Part shown: one piece after another, positions 59,601 to 64,000 of the stretch
Position numbering within the stretch: the first letter of the stretch is position 1
Layout of the letters: every line of letters begins with the position of its first letter
NCBI GenBank assembly: GCA_905178155.1
Contig: CAJINV010000011.1
Coordinates: 2,838,485-2,902,484, forward strand
Direction of reading: 5' to 3'
Length of the DNA: 64,000 nucleotides
Source of the DNA: Amoebophrya sp. A120
Taxonomy: Eukaryota; Protista; Dinoflagellata
Notes under the pieces: model-generated
The model's database searches: none
What the model was told of the DNA's origin: nothing
What the model saw: the letters and a program-made list of their open reading frames with translations, nothing else
Made by a program: the position numbers and the translations under genes

Positions 59601-62600
59601 GACTCCTTCCCACCGCCGCTAGTGGCTAGGGTCTGCAGAGGGCACCGCCGCCGGCGTTTTTCCTGGTGCCCAGTCTTCCCAACAAAAGACTGAAGCCATA
59701 GCGGCCCCCGCCCGGGTAGCACATTGGCGGGCTCTGTTCTGCCGCCACACAAAGCGGCCACTTCAAAACCCACGACGCGCTGCCCGGCCCCGCCCCCGAG
59801 GGGTTGGCGCGCATGGCTTTGGGGCCTTCTCCGTCGCGGTCCAGAAACCCCAACGAAAGCCCCCCCGCCTGCAGCGTCGGCAGCGCTTCTCAACCCTGTG
59901 CCGCTTCCTCCTCTGTTCGCCGTTCTCTCCCTGCTCTTCTCATCTTTTGCGAGCATTTCAAGCCGGGAGCGGGTTGGGGAGATGTCTTGGCTACCGCGGC
60001 AACGCGATCGCCATGGCCCGGCTCCCGCGGGGCTCGGCCTCACCCAAGGGGCCAAGGGTTGTGTGCTGGCTTTGTGATTTCGGGCTTCGGACTTGCAATG
60101 CCCCTCGCGCCGTACTTGCCGCGGCCCAATCACAGACCTTGAAACCATATAAAGCCCGCAGAGGGCCGACCCAAGATCCCTATGCAGGTTGTGCAACCTC
60201 GGGCGGGCGTCGGGCCCCAAGTCCACCCGGACCCTTTGCAAGACCTGAAAACGCGAGTTTCTGATGGGGGACGCCCGGGCCCCCGCAAGCTGCCCCCGCG
60301 TGGGCCCCCACAACCGGGGCCCCCGCAAGCTTTTTTGTGGATTTGCTTGCCGCGCTCGTCCGCGTCCAGACTGGTATCGTACATGCCAAAATCCTGCTTG
60401 AGGTAAAAAACCTTTTATGGCGGGAGCAAAGTGATATTTTTGAAAACAATAAAATTTTCGTCGATGGGTCTTGAGGTACTTGCGCTTACCATATTGAAAA
60501 GCGACGCAGGAAGAAAGCCACAAAAATATGCAGGGCAACTAGCTAGCGAGAAGAGGCGCGACGGAGCGGCATCAATTCGGGGGAAGGACGGCCCGGCCGG
60601 TCAATGTCGTGCGTTAGAATGATGCGCGGGCGGGTGATTGGGGGGCGCCGTGATTTGCCTGCCTCGAAGACTAGTGCGGCAGCCGACCTGCTTGGCCTGG
60701 CAGAGATTACGTGCCGGGTTCACTCCCTGCGCAACAATAAGGGGCCGCCGCTTTGCAATTGCCATGCAAATGAGGGACATGGGGCGGTGGCGCAGGGAAG
60801 CGCTTTGCACCGGGTGGGCCAGTCCGCAGGCCGCAGCGGCCCAATGAGGTGCGCGTAAGCTGCGGCCGTTCCCTTGCTGGAGGACCTCAGCCGCAAATGG
60901 GCGGGCTGCAACAATGTCGGCGCCGAGACTCCTTCCCACCGCCGCTAGTGGCTAGGGTCTGCAGAGGGCACCGCCGCCGGCGTTTTTCCTGGTGCCCAGT
61001 CTTCCCAACAAAAGACTGAAGCCATAGCGGCCCCCGCCCGGGTAGCACATTGGCGGGCTCTGTTCTGCCGCCACACAAAGCGGCCACTTCAAAACCCACG
61101 ACGCGCTGCCCGGCCCCGCCCCCGAGGGGTTGGCGCGCATGGCTTTGGGGCCTTCTCCGTCGCGGTCCAGAAACCCCAACGAAAGCCCCCCCGCCTGCAG
61201 CGTCGGCAGCGCTTCTCAACCCTGTGCCGCTTCCTCCTCTGTTCGCCGTTCTCTCCCTGCTCTTCTCATCTTTTGCGAGCATTTCAAGCCGGGAGCGGGT
61301 TGGGGAGATGTCTTGGCTACCGCGGCAACGCGATCGCCATGGCCCGGCTCCCGCGGGGCTCGGCCTCACCCAAGGGGCCAAGGGTTGTGTGCTGGCTTTG
61401 TGATTTCGGGCTTCGGACTTGCAATGCCCCTCGCGCCGTACTTGCCGCGGCCCAATCACAGACCTTGAAACCATATAAAGCCCGCAGAGGGCCGACCCAA
61501 GATCCCTATGCAGGTTGTGCAACCTCGGGCGGGCGTCGGGCCCCAAGTCCACCCGGACCCTTTGCAAGACCTGAAAACGCGAGTTTCTGATGGGGGACGC
61601 CCGGGCCCCCGCAAGCTGCCCCCGCGTGGGCCCCCACAACCGGGGCCCCCGCAAGCTTTTTTGTGGATTTGCTTGCCGCGCTCGTCCGCGTCCAGACTGG
61701 TATCGTACATGCCAAAATCCTGCTTGAGGTAAAAAACCTTCCCCGGTGCCGTATTCCGCCAGTCCGGTTCGCACGGGGCGGTGCCTGCACCCACGTCGAG
61801 GACGACGAAGCCCGTTTCGAGACGGGTCTTTGTTCCTGTTTTCCTACTTGATGATGCACTAGAAGATGTCACTTCCCCTGTTTCTTCTTTATCTTTGACA
61901 AGCTTCCCCGTGCTTTTATCGAGAAACAAGTCGCTTGAAATAACCGGCGGGGGTACTTCGTTTCTCTTCAACTCCTCCATGATGCCGCGCAGATGCCCGC
62001 ACCGAGCCGCATCCTTGTAGAGGACGAAGTCGTCTCGAAATTGCAGAAACGGCACTGCGTACGCAGGCACGGCTTCGCGAGTGCGCGTGTCGATCAGTTG
62101 GTCGGATGAAGTACCAGGTTGTGCGCCTGCAACCGCAAGAACTCCTGTAGTTGTTGTACTACTAGCGTCTTGATCATGCACTTCATCGAGACTGCCTGTT
62201 CCTGCAGCTCCTGCAAGCACACTATCGTGTTTATCCGACGTAATGGTCGTGAAGATTTTTGCAAGATGAAACGAGCCTTCTTCGGAATCTTTCGTTTTCT
62301 CTTCCACAATTTCCTCCAGTTTTTCCGCGGCGCGAAATAGCATGGACCACGTCTCACTCCGCTTGTAGTCTACGTCGCGCCACCGGAAGGGCGCGTCGTA
62401 CAGGGACCATAGGTGATCCAGAGCGCGGAAGATCCGCAGTTCCTGTTTTTGCTCCTGTATAATTTTAGGCGCAGCCAGATGTGGTCGTCCTTGTGGCGCT
62501 TCATGATCTTCACCGTCTGCGACTTCTGTCGTTGTTATCTTCCTGTTCGTTTCCAATCTCCGGTACTCCTTTTCCGCCATGTCCACGAGCGAGAGCCAGG

Positions 62601-63937
62601 TACTCGTGTCGTTACTTCGGAACGTCTTGATCGCAACCTGTAAATACGCGCCGACCTTGCCCTTGTCCGCGAGTAAAAGGTCCGTCGGGTCAGCAAGCTC
62701 GGTTATGTCATCGTGGTCCTCTACTTCGCTGTCCTCTTCAGAATCTCCTTTTTCGCTGGCCTCATCTGACAACATAATTTCTCGCTGCTTCAACATCCTA
62801 CCTCCGTCCTCGATAGCAATCTTCAATCTCTGCAACTGCAGCCCGAATAGCGGATGCCGGTGCTGGACACCCTCGACCCAGGTTATCGCCCGATGCTCCC
62901 CAGCATTCCGAAACAGGTCAACGCTTGCGCCAAGGGAAAAGTCGGCCTCCGTTTGGAGAATGGCGCCGTCGGCGGAGTAGAGAGTTCCCGGTTGTGCCAA
63001 AGATGCAGCCGCTGATGTCGAGCTTGCTCTACTATTCGGGTCCATTTTCGTACCAATTTTATTGTTCTCATCAGTTTTTCTCTTCATTTCATCCAGGAAC
63101 TGCACGACGTTATACGCTGCCTCGCTGTCGGTGCACCGCTCCTGTAGGAAACGGGTCATGGTCACCCGTATGGGTACGTTTTGCGCGTCTCTGCAGTCGG
63201 CGGCCCCGGGTATGTTCATAGGGAGATCGGGGTCCAGTAATCGGGGTGCGGCGGTCTTGGGTTCGCAACAGACCTCCGGGGAAAGCGCGGCGGGATATGA
63301 ATAGAAGAAAAAGTGATAGGCCGCTTGGTGAACAGTTCAAATCTCATCTTCGCACCAGAGAGGGGCTTAATAAGTAAAGCTGGTTGCGCAGTGTGATGTT
63401 CCTACAGATTTCTCATTCGGTTGTCGTGGTTGTAACATCTCTTAGTACCTACATGCATGTTGATCTTGATGCGCATATTTGCATCATTAACTCTACAGGT
63501 ACAACAACCACGGCGACCTCCCACTTTTCCGTGTCTATAAAGACATCGTTGCCAACGAAGCAGCTGGGGTTCACCACGGCGGTGGTGATTGGCAGTTTTT
63601 CCCCGTTTTTTCCTCGCACCGCCAAGTCTAGTTCGTAGCCGCAACACAGCTTCTCGCTGAAATCCGCATTGAAGCAACTGTTGGTCGCGTAAAGACGGAA
63701 TAAGTGGTCGAACCCGTGCCCGCAGAACTGGTCGAGCACTTGCAGCATCTGCGGACACTGCTGCTCCCAGCACTTGTGGTACAAAGGCGTGGAAGCATCG
63801 CAAATCGGCGGGCCGGCGGCAACTAACGACGATCGCGAATCCTCGAACCAGTGTGATGCTCCCAGCAGCAACAGGACGAAGACCTGGGCGGAAGTTAGGA
63901 CCGCAGCAGCAGAACAAAACGGACGATAGCGGGCCAT
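56616..63937 (-). CDS. Class I SAM-dependent methyltransferase-domain protein, interrupted by a 4.4-kb insertion (spliced or pseudogenised)
   Basis: VVLDVGAG...QDFGMYD...QIHKK (61655) resumes in frame at 57258 as AHQQG...[28 protein letters not shown]...EIHRLLKPGGKF; probable upstream exon with signal peptide at ~63500-63937. Confidence 0.7.
57385..57485. repeat. Degenerate 12-nt tandem repeat (gcctgttt... units)
   Basis: Minus-strand translation KQAQPQKQAQKQLQKQAENQARKKVQKQAQTQA shows a 4-codon period. Confidence 0.6.
58130..58361. repeat. Nested palindrome: two ~110-bp hairpin units in inverted orientation
   Basis: Each arm is bounded by gaacaa(g/a)ggtgggtta / taacccacccttgttc and holds the hairpin ctaacccccgctagtg...cactagcgggggttag. 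Confidence 0.9.
59089..61654. repeat. Two near-identical 1240-bp GC-rich units (X) separated and flanked by copies of an 86-bp host exon segment; period 1326 bp
   Basis: Units 59089-60328 and 60415-61654; host segment at 60329-60414 and 61655-61740, partial at 59024-59088; ORF track repeats at +1326. Confidence 0.92.
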
Positions 63938-64000
63938 TGTCGCTTTGTTTGTATTCCTCAGGATCTGCGACTTCGAAAGAAAATGTGCATACGCCATATT

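Noticed and set aside
4-63822. Numerous plus-strand ORFs, and ORFs within the GC-rich X units and the 45-47 kb island
   Set aside because: Antisense shadows of minus-strand genes or products of high GC content; no recognisable domains.

Overview
Eukaryotic, gene-dense genomic DNA. All ~14 protein-coding genes I can reconstruct lie on the minus strand: RPS26, CWC15, a cytochrome b5 protein, RPL13, a Rieske protein, a COMT-like methyltransferase, D2HGDH, a single-domain voltage-gated cation channel, an inositol 5-phosphatase, RWDD2, eIF3L, a class I methyltransferase and several unknowns. The dominant feature is 26 short (about 110-360 bp) foldback elements from at least 6 terminal-inverted-repeat (TIR) families. 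They end in TAT...ATA (a few with one substitution), are mostly flanked by 5-bp direct repeats, and 25 interrupt reconstructed coding sequence. Removing element plus 5 nt joins the flanking frames in those 25, yet no common GT-AG register exists and one family occurs in both orientations. This matches the non-canonical introner introns reported in the parasitic dinoflagellate Amoebophrya; that organism assignment is an inference. Also present: two tandem intronic box C/D snoRNAs with LSU rRNA guides, three insertions with very long (33, 71 and 86 bp) target duplications including a nested 4.4-kb array inside a methyltransferase exon, a nested palindrome, and a GC-rich island of unknown nature. 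All gene models were built by hand, without transcript data.
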